Source: Methanothrix sp. (GTDB lineage Archaea > Halobacteriota > Methanosarcinia > Methanotrichales > Methanotrichaceae). From it: 64,000 nt of DNA. The translations under genes and the position numbers were made by a program. The notes below the pieces were generated by a model, which did no database searches, was not told where the DNA came from, and saw only the letters and a list, made by a program, of their open reading frames with translations. Below are positions 28,692 to 39,658 of this stretch, piece after piece. Numbering within the stretch: the stretch's first letter is position 1; every line of letters starts with the position of its first letter. The stretch is from NCBI GenBank assembly GCA_963682135.1, contig OY821645.1, forward strand, positions 544,001 through 608,000, written 5' to 3'.

Positions 28692-30710
28692 TTAAGGCTG
28701 ATTTATGATGGTTGCACCTTTTACCAGCCCGTTTATGAGTGAGAATCCAACACCATTAGCTCCCGGACTTATGGGCCTAATCTCTATCCCCCAATTCCCC
28801 TGAGCGGCATTTCTCAGGAAGTAGTAATCATAGTTCGAACCAATAAGGTGTATCACATTCCCATTATCTCCCTGGACAGGAAGAGCGCTTCCATTCGGCT
28901 GGATTAGAGTCATAGTGAAGCTTGCAGCATCCTTCCAGGAGAGACCAATCATCTCAGAGCGTTCCGAGATAGAGGGTTCTGTTTGGTATCCTGAGATGGC
29001 CTGACCTTCTAAGCCCAGCGATCTCACAAACTTCAAGGGTGATGCGCCCGGATATGCTACTGCGTTCTCCACCTTCAGCGTATTCAGAGCCGTAACCGAG
29101 CCGGCCCAGGGCAGTGTTATGGCCGTCCCGGCAGGAATTGTATAGGATTGGGCGGCTGGAATGGCACTGGCCGTGGGTGCGACATATGGCTGATAGTAGG
29201 GATAATAGGGCGTAGCATAGGGATAATACAGATACTGACAGACGCCATCAATGCATGTCTTACCTGGCGCGCAGACAACGGGTTTATGCAGGCATCCCCG
29301 GATCGAATCGCAATAGTCTACTGTGCAGGGATTGCCGTCGTCGCATTTCCAGGTACTGATACAGCTGCCGGTCTTGCTGTCGCATTTGTCGGATGTACAT
29401 GGGTTGCCGTCATCGCAGTTCTTGGGCGTATGCACGCATTTTCCATCCTTGCAGGTATCAATGGTGCAGGCATTGTGATCATCACAATTCATGGGCGTAT
29501 GCACACATGCGCTACCATTGAACGAATCGATGGTACAGGGATTTCCATCATCGCAATTTGTTGTAGTATTGTGGCAGACCCCTTCGAAGCAGTAATCGTA
29601 TGTGTTGGGATCTCCATCATCGCAATTTTTCGGTTTATGCTCGCATTCTTTGCCATTGAAAGTATCCTCTGTACAGAGATCATGATCATCGCAGCTCGGA
29701 TGATGAGCGGCTAAGGGCGCCTGGCTTGAGGATAGGTTAGTACTATTATTTTCGCTAGGGATGCTGACGCTATCCAGGGGCTTATTAATGCAAGCGCCGT
29801 CCATGCAGGAATCCAGAGTACTATCATTTCCGTCATCACAATTCAATGATGTATAAACGCAGTTTTCGCCATCATAGGAATCTGTTGTGCAGGGGTTGCC
29901 GTCATTGCATACCGGCAGCAATTCTTCTACTTCTACGACCTCTTGAGAATCATTGGTGGTCGTATTCTCTTCTGCAGCTTCATTTTTTATTTCTGATTCT
30001 ATGGGGCTGGGAGATTGCACTAATTCGGTCTTGCTGCTTTCTCCAAGCAATGGTATATTGATGCAACCCGATGAACTGCACTGGTCAGATGTGCTTGCAT
30101 TTCCGTCGTCGCAATTCACTGGATCGTGAACGCAGCCGTTAGCTCCGCAAGAATCCGTTGTGCAGGGACTTCCGTCATCGCAATTCACTGGATCGTGAAC
30201 ACAGCCGTTAGCTCCGCAAGAATCCGTTGTGCAGGGACTTCCGTCATCGCAATTCACTGGATTGTGAACGCAGCCGTTAGCTCCGCAAGAATCTGTTGTG
30301 CAGGGACTTCCGTCATCGCAATTCACTGGATTGTGAACGCAGCCGTTGGCTGCGTAAGAATCACTGGTACATGGGTTGTTATCATCACAACTTATGGGTG
30401 TGTTGACAGCTTCATTTGATGCAGAAACCCCCTGTGGCTTTTGAACTGGAGTCTCAGCATTTTTTGGGGTGCTGTTAGCGCCGCTGCCTAATGACACACC
30501 TGCCGCGGAATTTGCATTATCGCAGCTCTGAGGAATATGTTGACAGGTCGCGGCTTCGCACAAGTCCTTGGTACAGGGATTATTATCATCACAATCACTG
30601 CACTGGGCAGAAACCCAGCTTGATAATAATAGGAAACTTACAATAAATATGGCGAAAGATAAGCAGCGCTTATCTCTTCTCATTTGTTTATCCACACATT
30701 TCACTCCCAA
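28692..30710 (-). CDS. Secreted Cys-rich protein with CDDGNPCTxDxC (Dictyostelium-type) repeats
   Basis: Signal peptide, ~15 repeats, a Tyr/Pro-rich linker and a C-terminal beta domain. Confidence 0.85.
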   Translation of the reverse strand: MGVKCVDKQMRRDKRCLSFAIFIVSFLLLSSWVSAQCSDCDDNNPCTKDLCEAATCQHIPQSCDNANSAAGVSLGSGANSTPKNAETPVQKPQGVSASNEAVNTPISCDDNNPCTSDSYAANGCVHNPVNCDDGSPCTTDSCGANGCVHNPVNCDDGSPCTTDSCGANGCVHDPVNCDDGSPCTTDSCGANGCVHDPVNCDDGNASTSDQCSSSGCINIPLLGESSKTELVQSPSPIESEIKNEAAEENTTTNDSQEVVEVEELLPVCNDGNPCTTDSYDGENCVYTSLNCDDGNDSTLDSCMDGACINKPLDSVSIPSENNSTNLSSSQAPLAAHHPSCDDHDLCTEDTFNGKECEHKPKNCDDGDPNTYDYCFEGVCHNTTTNCDDGNPCTIDSFNGSACVHTPMNCDDHNACTIDTCKDGKCVHTPKNCDDGNPCTSDKCDSKTGSCISTWKCDDGNPCTVDYCDSIRGCLHKPVVCAPGKTCIDGVCQYLYYPYATPYYPYYQPYVAPTASAIPAAQSYTIPAGTAITLPWAGSVTALNTLKVENAVAYPGASPLKFVRSLGLEGQAISGYQTEPSISERSEMIGLSWKDAASFTMTLIQPNGSALPVQGDNGNVIHLIGSNYDYYFLRNAAQGNWGIEIRPISPGANGVGFSLINGLVKGATIINQP
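30100..30390. repeat. Intragenic 69-bp tandem repeat (~4 copies)
   Basis: GCAATTCACTGGAT(C/T)GTGAAC recurs every 69 bp, encoding NCDDGSPCTTDSCGANGCVHxPV. Confidence 0.9.
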
Positions 30711-30771
30711 TAAATTAATGAGTTCGTTTTATATCTAATTTTCGCTCATCGAAATCCAATATTTGATGAGA

Positions 30772-31935
30772 TCAAGAGAAAGAGCTTAGCGTAGTCTGTC
30801 GTGATTTGAGCTGCTCCTTTAGCAGGTCGCTTTGCTGGATGAATTTCTTGAGAGGCATCTGCAGCTTGCTGCAAATATACCATAAAGCACTCTTCATATC
30901 CTCAAAAGGTAAAGCAGTCTCTTGCATAGCATTTCTCACATTCTCCCTTACGTTAAAGACACCCAATGGCACATACCCGGAATAAGCTTCTCGCAAGATG
31001 ATCGCACCTGCCTGTTTCTTTTCACGGGCCAGAGCCTCCAAGACAGCCATTTTGCAGGAATAGTAGCATCCTCCCACTCGAGAATAGCCCTTCTTGCCTC
31101 CATTCTTCTCATAGTCTGAGAATATCAGCTCTTCATTTCCCAGGATACGCAAAAAGGCCTCCATCCACTCGTATTGCCATAGTGTAGGCAGGAGAAGGAC
31201 CGCATAATAATTGTTGAGACTGGAGAACTCTCTCACCTGGCAGCAATCGATGGTGTCGTATTCCCTGACCTCTTGCAGAAGCCGATTGCCCAGAATGCTG
31301 TCGCAGGCAGTGATGGACCAGCGGGTGGGAACCAGGCGTCGTCTCTTCCGGATGCCCATGGTTCCCATGGAGAATGCCTTCTGAATGCAGGAAAATGGCA
31401 TACCCTTCTGGTGCAAATCGACAACCGCGTCCCCTGCCAGTAGATCGCCGTCGTAATAGACCTTCTCTAAATTCGGCTCCCATTTGGCACTGCAGATTTC
31501 CAGCCGGTCCAAAGGTGCACTGGGGCCGAAGGGAGTATGCTCGTCACTAAATGACATGCCTTTCGGAGAGTGGGAAAACTGTGCTTCGCTCTCAATGGAG
31601 CAAGCAGATAGAGAAATATCTCGTAGCTTATCTATGTAGCGATCTTGTAGGCTTGTGACTCTGACGGATCTCTTGCCTCTGATCAGATTCAGCCGGTATC
31701 TTATGATCTCTTCCTGGGTCTTCTTCTCCGGTATCCACGACTCGGGCCGGTCCATGATAATGGTGTCTCCATGCACAGGTGCAATCATGGGACCGGCATA
31801 AACCTTAGGATAATTCCAGCTCCCAATGAAGACTGAGGGAGGTGAGCTGCCATCAAGATTTGTGCCTACCTCCTGAGAGGGAATATACATATTGGCCGTC
31901 AACTTCTTCAAATAGGCTTCTTTGCCTTTGATCAC
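30772..31935 (-). CDS. nreA: Nre-family PCNA-interacting DNA repair protein
   Basis: [26 protein letters not shown] and C-terminal PIP box QTTLSSF. Confidence 0.85.
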   Translation of the reverse strand: MIKGKEAYLKKLTANMYIPSQEVGTNLDGSSPPSVFIGSWNYPKVYAGPMIAPVHGDTIIMDRPESWIPEKKTQEEIIRYRLNLIRGKRSVRVTSLQDRYIDKLRDISLSACSIESEAQFSHSPKGMSFSDEHTPFGPSAPLDRLEICSAKWEPNLEKVYYDGDLLAGDAVVDLHQKGMPFSCIQKAFSMGTMGIRKRRRLVPTRWSITACDSILGNRLLQEVREYDTIDCCQVREFSSLNNYYAVLLLPTLWQYEWMEAFLRILGNEELIFSDYEKNGGKKGYSRVGGCYYSCKMAVLEALAREKKQAGAIILREAYSGYVPLGVFNVRENVRNAMQETALPFEDMKSALWYICSKLQMPLKKFIQQSDLLKEQLKSRQTTLSSFS

Positions 31936-32086
31936 AATTGATGCCGTCTGACAAATTCCAATAAAAGCATAATGGACGCGGGGCGAAAGTGTTTTTTTGC
32001 AGTTTCTCTTTTCGGCTCGTATCTCCCGGCCAGCAGGGTAACATATTTACATTAAAGAAGCCAATAAATTATCGAGGTGTCCTCAG

Positions 32087-32818
32087 ATGAAATGGACGGT
32101 TTTAATTATAGCATTAATGATCATGTTTTGTACCAATGCATTTGGACAGATGAACCCGTATTCCAGTAACGCAGCTGGCGGCGCACCCACACCCATTGCG
32201 CCCAGCAGCGCAGAATCTCTGGGTCTGCAAGCGCCAACGGATGTCGCCGGGACCCAGCAAGCCCCAAGCGCGCAGGAGAGCACGCAAACTCTGATGAGCG
32301 CAAGCCAGGATGCTGCTTATGCCTCTGCACCTGCCGCATCAATGGCCACCACGACCAATGCGGTCTATAACCAGATGATTGTTCCCACAGGAGGCTTTGC
32401 GCCCAACAATCTCTATATCTCCTATGCACCGCGAACCGTCGCAAGCTGCAATCTCTATGGCAATTTGCCTTTATGGATGCAGACCACGGGAAGAGGCAAT
32501 ATATGGTTTTATGAATGGTATCCGAGCGGCATGCTTGATACTCAGTATGCCGGATATGTCAATTATCCGGGCTGGTTTAAGAGATGGTTCTTTGCCGATA
32601 CTCCGGGCTGGCACGTTCTCCAGTACTATTGCGGCGGCTGGAGCAATTATGCTTACATTTATGTCTCCGGCCAAAGTGGTTACTGGGTCAATCCAAACCC
32701 GGATCGCAATCCTGTGCCATATCCGTACCCCAACTGGGACAGCCCTATAACCTACACATATCCACCCACCGGCCATACCTACTACTCCTATAAATGGACC
32801 TCATCTTCCGGGATCTGA
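32087..32818 (+). CDS. Secreted Trp/Tyr-rich hypothetical protein
   Basis: Signal peptide; YEWYPSG...WFFADTPGWH domain shared with 53256-54377. Confidence 0.75.
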   Translation: MKWTVLIIALMIMFCTNAFGQMNPYSSNAAGGAPTPIAPSSAESLGLQAPTDVAGTQQAPSAQESTQTLMSASQDAAYASAPAASMATTTNAVYNQMIVPTGGFAPNNLYISYAPRTVASCNLYGNLPLWMQTTGRGNIWFYEWYPSGMLDTQYAGYVNYPGWFKRWFFADTPGWHVLQYYCGGWSNYAYIYVSGQSGYWVNPNPDRNPVPYPYPNWDSPITYTYPPTGHTYYSYKWTSSSGI

Positions 32819-32880
32819 TAGCGGAGAGTAAAATTAACCGGAAAAAAAAGAGCTTAGCTGGCAAAAACCATTGATAATCG

Positions 32881-32899
32881 TCCCCTGCCGGGCAGGGGA
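32881..32899. terminator. GC-rich hairpin between convergent genes
   Basis: TCCCCTGCC-G-GGCAGGGGA, with a T-run downstream. Confidence 0.5.
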
Positions 32900-32947
32900 T
32901 GAGAATCTTTTTCGATACCCCTGTCCAGTGCTACGAAAATTTTGGAT

Positions 32948-33166
32948 TTAATCGATGGCTATCATCACATGGCTGGCCTTTATTACTGCATAAACCTCCT
33001 TTCCTTCTGAGAGCTCCAGATCTTGCGCTGAGGCTCGAGTTATAGTCGAGACTACTTCCTCGCCTCCGGGTAGCAGAACAGTCACTTCCGTATTCACAGG
33101 CCCATTCACCAATCTCTTTACTTTTCCTTTCAGGATATTTCTGGCACTGACCTTCATAATTCTCAC
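32948..33166 (-). CDS. Molbindin (Mop/TOBE) molybdate-binding protein
   Basis: MKVSARNILKGKV...GPVNTEV...VSTIT..S...L.L..G..V.AVIKAS. Confidence 0.92.
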   Translation of the reverse strand: MRIMKVSARNILKGKVKRLVNGPVNTEVTVLLPGGEEVVSTITRASAQDLELSEGKEVYAVIKASHVMIAID

Positions 33167-33253
33167 CTCTAAACTTCAACAAGTAGGTATTCTGGCGATG
33201 TTCATATTATCCTTTGCGCTCTGGGATACATCGAAAAAAAGATACACCCGTTG

Positions 33254-33937
33254 CTACAACTGCTCTTCATGGCAGGAGGGGGCACCTGTCACCAAAAGGC
33301 CGAGCAGTCTCTTTACATCTTCGCGAAAATCATCAAGGTTGCCGTCATTTCTCAGCTTAATGTCGGCGACTTTCATTGCCTCGCACATTCCCCATCCCAT
33401 CTCCCGGCATTCCCTCTGTTCGAGAGCTGCGGCTGCCTGGCGGTTCGGCTCTTTGCAGTGGAGAATGATCTTTGGATCAATATCGTTCTCCTTGCCATGG
33501 GCAGACATATTCTTGCCATCGTTTGTCTGGCTCTTGCCCGGATCATCAGGTCGCCCGCGGGCTGCCAGCCATTTCAGCCTTGCTTGCGCCGGTGCACAGA
33601 CTTCAACCAGGTGAAATTCATCGGCATGAGAGCGAAAGAAGTCCGCCTCTTCCCGAGAGCGCAGACCGTCTATCACTACTAGATCCTTTCCAGTAGCCAG
33701 TGCCATCTCAAAAGCCTTTTTAGCCACAGCGTCCGGGCCTTGTGCGGCTCGCAAGGCATTGCCGATGCGGCCTAAATTCTGGTCGGTAGGCTCCAGACCC
33801 TGCTTAGCCGCTTCCTGGCGTATCACGTCTCCCATGACCACAACCGCAATACCCAGAAGCCTGGCAATCTGAGAGGCTTCCCCCTTGCCTGAGCCGGGCA
33901 GACCCACAAAACCGATGATCTTCATATTATTCATCAA
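33254..33937 (-). CDS. UPF0200/archaeal dephospho-CoA-kinase-like P-loop protein
   Basis: IIGFVGLPGSGKGEA, MGDVIR, IDGLRS and RE..WG. Confidence 0.8.
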   Translation of the reverse strand: MMNNMKIIGFVGLPGSGKGEASQIARLLGIAVVVMGDVIRQEAAKQGLEPTDQNLGRIGNALRAAQGPDAVAKKAFEMALATGKDLVVIDGLRSREEADFFRSHADEFHLVEVCAPAQARLKWLAARGRPDDPGKSQTNDGKNMSAHGKENDIDPKIILHCKEPNRQAAAALEQRECREMGWGMCEAMKVADIKLRNDGNLDDFREDVKRLLGLLVTGAPSCHEEQL

Positions 33938-33964
33938 TCGCTGCCATATTGCACATCTGATTAT

Positions 33965-34804
33965 CTAGTTTTTCCAGAGTTTATTGGGTGTGGCTCGAAT
34001 GCGAACCTGGAGTTTTGTCCCGCCATCGATCTCGCAAGCCCTGGCCATCTCCTGCAGAGCTTCCATCGAGACCGGTTCAAATCTGGTCTCTCCCTCGCGC
34101 GGCATTCCCTGTTGCAGTATCATGCTCTCCAATCGATTATCCGGATATTGCGCCTTCAGGCGACAGAGCGTTTCGGCAATATCCACCAACTGGGAAATGG
34201 TTGGCATATCTGGAAAGATGGTGCAGCGTACGTCCAGCGCCACGCCTAATTTAAAGCAGATCGCCAGGCTTTCGGCCACACGTGCCGCGTTGCCGGCTCT
34301 GCCTGTAGCCTTTTCGTAATCCGGCTCCAAAAGAGCCGTTTTGAGATCGAGAAATACCTTATCCACCAGCCCTTTTGCCAGCAGGTTTTCCAGACCTCCG
34401 GGAAAACAGCCCGAGGTCTCCAGGCCCGTGGCCAGTTCCAGGCTCCTGGCCAGCCGAAAGAGCCGGCTGATGGCCTCGACCTGGAGGAGCGGCTCGCCTC
34501 CGGATAAGACAAGGGCATTGACAAATGGCTTGCTGCTTGCCCTTTGTGATGCATCTTCAAGGTTGATCTGCAGAGAATGCTCGTCCAGAGTTCCGGCCCA
34601 GGGGGCCGTAGGAAAGCCCTTGACCTCAGAGACAATGCGAGACGAGATCAGATGAAGCGAAACCAGACGTTCTCCGGTTTGCAGCACCTGGTTGTGGCAA
34701 TGAGGGCAGCGCAATGGGCAGCCTCGCAAAAAAACCACCATAGCGGCGCGTCCCAGCCAGTCCACTGTGGAAAGAGGAACAATCCCCCCGAAGTTTACCT
34801 TCAT
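33965..34804 (-). CDS. nrdG: Anaerobic ribonucleotide reductase activating protein (radical SAM)
   Basis: GGIVPLSTVDW.G..., FLRGCPLRCPHCHN and SGGEP. Confidence 0.8.
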   Translation of the reverse strand: MKVNFGGIVPLSTVDWLGRAAMVVFLRGCPLRCPHCHNQVLQTGERLVSLHLISSRIVSEVKGFPTAPWAGTLDEHSLQINLEDASQRASSKPFVNALVLSGGEPLLQVEAISRLFRLARSLELATGLETSGCFPGGLENLLAKGLVDKVFLDLKTALLEPDYEKATGRAGNAARVAESLAICFKLGVALDVRCTIFPDMPTISQLVDIAETLCRLKAQYPDNRLESMILQQGMPREGETRFEPVSMEALQEMARACEIDGGTKLQVRIRATPNKLWKN

Positions 34805-36078
34805 CTCCTTCCTGAGGATAGATCGAGCTTTATCGGCTTTCCGGCAATCCTGGTCAACCTCTCTGCCAGTTCTAACTCGTCTGACGCGGCCTTTTCCTCT
34901 AATGAAGTCAAATCTTTTTTGGCTTTTTCCAGTGCCGCCTCCAGGCTCTTTTTGCTCTTTCTGGCCAGGCTCATCTCTTCCTTCAGACGCTGGCCATCGC
35001 GGCTTATCTCTTTTATTGCAGACTCTTTCTCCCTGATCTCTCCATCGATCGCCTGCAGCCTGGCCCGAACATCTTCCAGCGCCCTTCTCTTTATGAGCTG
35101 GTCGATATGATCGAGAACCTTCTCCTTCTTTTTGTCCTTCAAACCCAAAGTTGCCAAATGACTTTGCAGTTCCTTTAGAGATCCGGCGATGTCTTTATCC
35201 TGGACGGCGGAGGGTGAGACAGAGAGCTGCTCAAAGACGTTTTTATGCTGCAGATTGATTCTATCGCTTGATCCTTGCTTCATCATTCTGGCCAATGCCT
35301 TGTTCAGAGGTGCAATAAGATCATGAAGCTCAACCTCGGCCTGAGATTTTTCTTCCTTCTTCTTCTCCAGGGTGCTCTTCAGCTCCAGCGTTCTTTTTCC
35401 TTCATCGCTAGCCTCCAGACTCTTAGCCTCCTCTTCCAGGCTCGACAATTGGGACGACAAATCCGAGAGCTTTGCTTTGTCCTGCATCGTTCTCTCTGAG
35501 AGATCGTCGATGCTTGATAGCTCTTCTTTCAGCCTTTCGGCAATCTCTTTGGAGTACCAGCTCTCCTCTTGCATCTTTCTCCTCTTGCCAATCACCTGCT
35601 CCAGATCCACCAGGAGGCGGCTTATCTTTGTCAGGTCGGAATTGATGCTCTCAATGTTCCTGGGAAAGAGGGCTGCGACATACTTCTGTGCTCTGCCGAA
35701 GGTGGTAACAGTTCTCTCCAATCCTTTGACAAGCGTCCAATGATGCTGAAATACGGAATCCAAATCATTTTTCTTGGGAGACACCAGCTTTGAAGAGAGC
35801 GTTTCCAGCTGCTTTACGACCTCACCCCGTGCTGCCAGGCCCGCCCGCAGAAGCTTGGGAGGAGTAGCGTCATCAAAGCTTGCCGATTCCAGTGCCGATA
35901 TGTCTTTAGAGAGCGTCTTTCCCGCATCATCCATGCGGCCATAGATCTCTTTGCAGGCAATGGCAAAATCAGATTCCTTTGCTCTCTCTTCCAGCCAGAA
36001 ATCAGTTTTTGATAGCTGCAGGATGGCCGGCTCTTCATTGGCCGACTTTTTCCCAAAAATCTCTTTGAGCCACTTCAA
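34801..36078 (-). CDS. Coiled-coil hypothetical protein
   Basis: 425-aa E/K/L-rich heptads; overlaps both neighbours. Confidence 0.75.
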   Translation of the reverse strand: MKWLKEIFGKKSANEEPAILQLSKTDFWLEERAKESDFAIACKEIYGRMDDAGKTLSKDISALESASFDDATPPKLLRAGLAARGEVVKQLETLSSKLVSPKKNDLDSVFQHHWTLVKGLERTVTTFGRAQKYVAALFPRNIESINSDLTKISRLLVDLEQVIGKRRKMQEESWYSKEIAERLKEELSSIDDLSERTMQDKAKLSDLSSQLSSLEEEAKSLEASDEGKRTLELKSTLEKKKEEKSQAEVELHDLIAPLNKALARMMKQGSSDRINLQHKNVFEQLSVSPSAVQDKDIAGSLKELQSHLATLGLKDKKKEKVLDHIDQLIKRRALEDVRARLQAIDGEIREKESAIKEISRDGQRLKEEMSLARKSKKSLEAALEKAKKDLTSLEEKAASDELELAERLTRIAGKPIKLDLSSGRR

Positions 36079-38243
36079 GGCTGTATCTCCTCTATTTTCT
36101 CTTTTTTTATCTGAGAGATGACTTTCTCGACAATCTTGGGGCCGAGGAGGCGGACAAGTTCTGCCTGATCGGCTGCTAACAGCTTTTCTATGCTGGTTAT
36201 GCCGGACAAATGGAGCTTTCTGGCCCGGACGCGGCCTATTCCCTTCAGATTTAGCAGAGCAAGAAGATCCTGGCCGGCACCGTAGTGAATGCGCTCTGCC
36301 AGTTGCTCTGTTTTGAAGGTTATGCCCAATTCAAGATGCTTGGACAGCTCGGCTATGGAGTGCATGAGCCACTCTGCCGTCTCAGCCGAGCGGCGAATGT
36401 CTCCCGGTCCGATGCGATATCTGCTGGCAATCTGCTCCTCATGAACCTCGCCGATCCAGTCCATGAGCATGGCAGTTGTTTTAGCCTCGCGGAGCAGAAA
36501 GTCATAGTTGTCCTCGTCAAATAGCTCTAGCTGGTGCTGATCGATGAACTCCTCCACCCATACGTCTGCCGCCTGGATATAGAGCAGATTCATATCAGGA
36601 GTCATAGTAATGAGATGAATGAGGCCGAGGTCCGAGGGCCTTCTCTGCGCGGCCCGGTCCGTTTCTAAGGCATCCTTTAGGCCGGCATGATCCATCTTTT
36701 TCCGTTTCCCCAGGTTTTCCAGCATGATAACGGCGCTCAGTGGATCGATGTAGAGCTTGGAGACCAGAGAGCCGAGTCTGGTGGGCTGCAGACTGCCATC
36801 ATCGCTCTCCTGTATCATGCCGTTATCCTTCAAAAAGGCAAGAACCTTTTCGAGTGTCACATCCAGATGCCAGGGGTCCTGCTGCTGGGCATAGAATGTG
36901 GTGGCGATGAAAGCCTTTAGCTCCGGCTCATTTCTGGCAAAACAGGCGGCGAATGTGGAGAGGAGATGAGTCCTTAGAGCGCTCTCGCTGGCCAGCTTCG
37001 ACCAGATCTCTTCCGGATCGCCGTGAATGTAGTGCTCCATGAGATCCTGCATCTCAGAAGCGCTCTTGGCCATGAGAAATGATTCGCCATGAGGATCAAG
37101 CCCCGGTCTTCCTGCCCGCCCGGCCATCTGGCGGTACTCGATTACGGAAATGGGCGCCATTCCCCTGCCATACTCATATCTCTTGTAGCTCTTGATGAGC
37201 ACTCTTCTGGCCGGCAGATTAAGGCCCGCGGCCAGGGTGGGAGTGCTGGCTATGATCTTGATGTGGTTGTCCCGAAAGCCCTGCTCCACCAGTTGCCTCT
37301 GCTCTGAGAGGAGGCCGGCGTGGTGGAAGGCAACGCCGCGAGATACGCAGGAGGCGAGACGAACTGCGGTTTCGCTCTCCCCTGTCGCCAGAATGCCCGC
37401 CGAAAGACTCTTTGTGGCGGCATCTTCTGGGATCAGGCCGCAGAGCTTGAGGGCCGCAGCTTCGGCGTTCTTGCGGGAGTTCTCGAAGATCAGGATCTGG
37501 GCGGACTGGGAGAGGGTATCCTTGACCAGAGCCAGGGCCTCGTCCTTCATAGCCTGCAAAGGGATTTGCCCATCATCGAATACTAGTTTTCCACTACAAA
37601 TGATGCCTTCACGCAGTTGAATGGGGCGCCAGTCGCTGCTTACCATCTCCGCCTTCAGCCATTGGGCTATCTCCCGGCCATTGGCCACGGTGGCGGATAG
37701 GCCAATGACCTGCAAATTGGGATTGCAGTGTCGCAGCTTGGTGATGGTCATCTCCAGAGTGGGGCCGCGACCCACGTCGCTAAGCAGGTGTATCTCATCG
37801 ACTACCAGAACGGCCAGGTCCTGCACCCAGGAGGCACCGTTTCTCATTAAAGAGTCGGCCTTCTCTGAGGTTGCGATTATTATCTGATTCTTGCCCAGGC
37901 GTTCGTCTCTCTTGTCAAAGTCGCCGGTGCTGATGCCCACAGAGACCCCCAGGGCCCTGAACTTTTTAAATGAATCGTACTTTTCCGTGGCCAGGGCGCG
38001 CAAAGGAACGATGTAGAGTGAGCGGAGACCATGCAGAGCGGCTTTGAGCATGGCCAGCTCCGCCAGCAGGGTCTTGCCGGAAGCGGTAGGCATAGCCAGT
38101 AGCATGCTCTTGCCCTCGAGAAGGCCCCTCTCCAGAGCCTCGGCCTGAGGCGGATAGAGCTCTTTAAAACCGCGGTCCTCGTAATGCTTGACTGCCTCCA
38201 AAGAAAGCCATGAGGCAAGGTCCTTTATCTCCAGCATCTGCAT
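36075..38243 (-). CDS. hel308: Ski2-like DNA helicase Hel308
   Basis: PTASGKT, DEIH, GLSAT, TPTLAAGLNLPA, QMAGRAGRPG and C-terminal HhH GIGRVRAR. Confidence 0.93.
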   Translation of the reverse strand: MQMLEIKDLASWLSLEAVKHYEDRGFKELYPPQAEALERGLLEGKSMLLAMPTASGKTLLAELAMLKAALHGLRSLYIVPLRALATEKYDSFKKFRALGVSVGISTGDFDKRDERLGKNQIIIATSEKADSLMRNGASWVQDLAVLVVDEIHLLSDVGRGPTLEMTITKLRHCNPNLQVIGLSATVANGREIAQWLKAEMVSSDWRPIQLREGIICSGKLVFDDGQIPLQAMKDEALALVKDTLSQSAQILIFENSRKNAEAAALKLCGLIPEDAATKSLSAGILATGESETAVRLASCVSRGVAFHHAGLLSEQRQLVEQGFRDNHIKIIASTPTLAAGLNLPARRVLIKSYKRYEYGRGMAPISVIEYRQMAGRAGRPGLDPHGESFLMAKSASEMQDLMEHYIHGDPEEIWSKLASESALRTHLLSTFAACFARNEPELKAFIATTFYAQQQDPWHLDVTLEKVLAFLKDNGMIQESDDGSLQPTRLGSLVSKLYIDPLSAVIMLENLGKRKKMDHAGLKDALETDRAAQRRPSDLGLIHLITMTPDMNLLYIQAADVWVEEFIDQHQLELFDEDNYDFLLREAKTTAMLMDWIGEVHEEQIASRYRIGPGDIRRSAETAEWLMHSIAELSKHLELGITFKTEQLAERIHYGAGQDLLALLNLKGIGRVRARKLHLSGITSIEKLLAADQAELVRLLGPKIVEKVISQIKKEKIEEIQP

Positions 38244-38368
38244 CTCCAGAATACAAATCTCAAAGCATATTCTCCCCAGGTTCCTCTAATCTTAAATACT
38301 ACGTGAAAGTAGTACCTGCCAGATAGTAGTCACAATCATATAAATGCATCATCCATGGAGAGAAACTA

Positions 38369-39520
38369 ATGTATGCCGATCGGATAAAAAATCTCCCGCC
38401 ATACCTCTTTGCAGCCATTGATAAAGCAAAGCAGGAAGCCAGAGCAAGAGGCGTGGATGTAATTGACTTGAGCGTGGGCGACCCCGATTTGCCGACGCCG
38501 GAGCACATTATCAAGGCTCTGAATGAGGCGGCCAGCGATCCGTCCAATCACCAGTATCCCTCCTACGAGGGCAAGCTGGCCTTCCGCAAGGCTGTGGCAG
38601 ACTGGTACAAGCGGACATTTGATGTCAACCTGGACCCGGCAACTGAGGTGCTGACCTTGATCGGCTCCAAGGAGGGAATTGCTCACGCGCCCCTGGCATT
38701 CATCAATCCAGGGGACGCTGCCCTGGTGCCTGATCCTGCTTATCCGGTCTATCGCACAGCCACACTCTTCGCTGGGGGCGAGCCGGTGATCATGCCGCTT
38801 CTTCGAGAGAATAAATTCCTGCCTGACCTGGAGGCCATAGCTCCCGCTGATGCCCGCCGGGCCAAGATCATGTTTCTCAACTACCCCAACAATCCCATCG
38901 GCGCATCCGCGGATAGGAGCTTCTTCAAGAAGGTAATCGACTTCGCCAAAGACTACAATATCATTGTCATGCACGATAATCCCTACTCTGAGACCTACTA
39001 TGATGAAGAGCGGTCGCTATCCATTCTGGAGATGGAAGGAAGCAGGGATGTGGCGGTGGAGTTTCATTCGCTCTCAAAGACATACAACATGACCGGCTGG
39101 AGGATCGGGTCGGTCGTCGGCAATGCCGGTGTGGTAGCCGGCATCGGCAAGATCAAGAGCAACATCGACTCGGGAACTTTCGGAGCGGTTCAGGATGCGG
39201 GAATTGTGGCCCTGAGCAGCCCGAAGAAGGTAGTCGACGACATCAGGAAGGTCTACCAGCACCGCATTGAGATTCTCTACAAAGCCTTGCGGGATCTGGG
39301 GTTGCAGCTGGAAAAGCCGCGCGCCACACTCTACCTCTGGGCCTGGGTAGGTGGAAGCTCTATCGAATATGCTGGAAGGCTTCTGGAGAAGACGGGCATT
39401 GTGGCCACGCCTGGTGTGGGCTTCGGCCAGTATGGCGAGGGCTATGTCAGGTTCTCCATCACTCAACCCACCAAGCGGATAGAAGAGGCAGTGGTGCGGC
39501 TGGAAAAAATGGGCAAATGA
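38369..39520 (+). CDS. dapL: LL-diaminopimelate aminotransferase
   Basis: LPPYLFA, LIGSKEGIAH, LNYPNNP and HSLSKTYNMTGWRIG. Confidence 0.85.
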   Translation: MYADRIKNLPPYLFAAIDKAKQEARARGVDVIDLSVGDPDLPTPEHIIKALNEAASDPSNHQYPSYEGKLAFRKAVADWYKRTFDVNLDPATEVLTLIGSKEGIAHAPLAFINPGDAALVPDPAYPVYRTATLFAGGEPVIMPLLRENKFLPDLEAIAPADARRAKIMFLNYPNNPIGASADRSFFKKVIDFAKDYNIIVMHDNPYSETYYDEERSLSILEMEGSRDVAVEFHSLSKTYNMTGWRIGSVVGNAGVVAGIGKIKSNIDSGTFGAVQDAGIVALSSPKKVVDDIRKVYQHRIEILYKALRDLGLQLEKPRATLYLWAWVGGSSIEYAGRLLEKTGIVATPGVGFGQYGEGYVRFSITQPTKRIEEAVVRLEKMGK

Positions 39521-39658
39521 GGATTGGATTCCTCATATCTATGCTCTTTGCGCATTAATGTCTTTGTGACCTGTGAGGAATCGCTGACCGAGCGCTCAAT
39601 CACAAACGCTCACCACAAAGACACAAAGATTATACATATATTCCGGAGGGAATTCAAG

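Noticed and set aside
30100-30390. 69-bp repeats as a CRISPR array
   Set aside because: There are no unique spacers; these are in-frame coding repeats.
33196-33233. CGATGT...ACATCG palindrome upstream of the molbindin gene as a ModE box
   Set aside because: Only 6-bp arms with a long spacer, and it does not fit the ModE consensus well enough.
39524-39658. 45-aa N-terminal extension of LeuRS in the ORF track
   Set aside because: Homology and the GGAGG RBS point to a TTG start at 39659 or 39662; the extension overlaps intergenic sequence.
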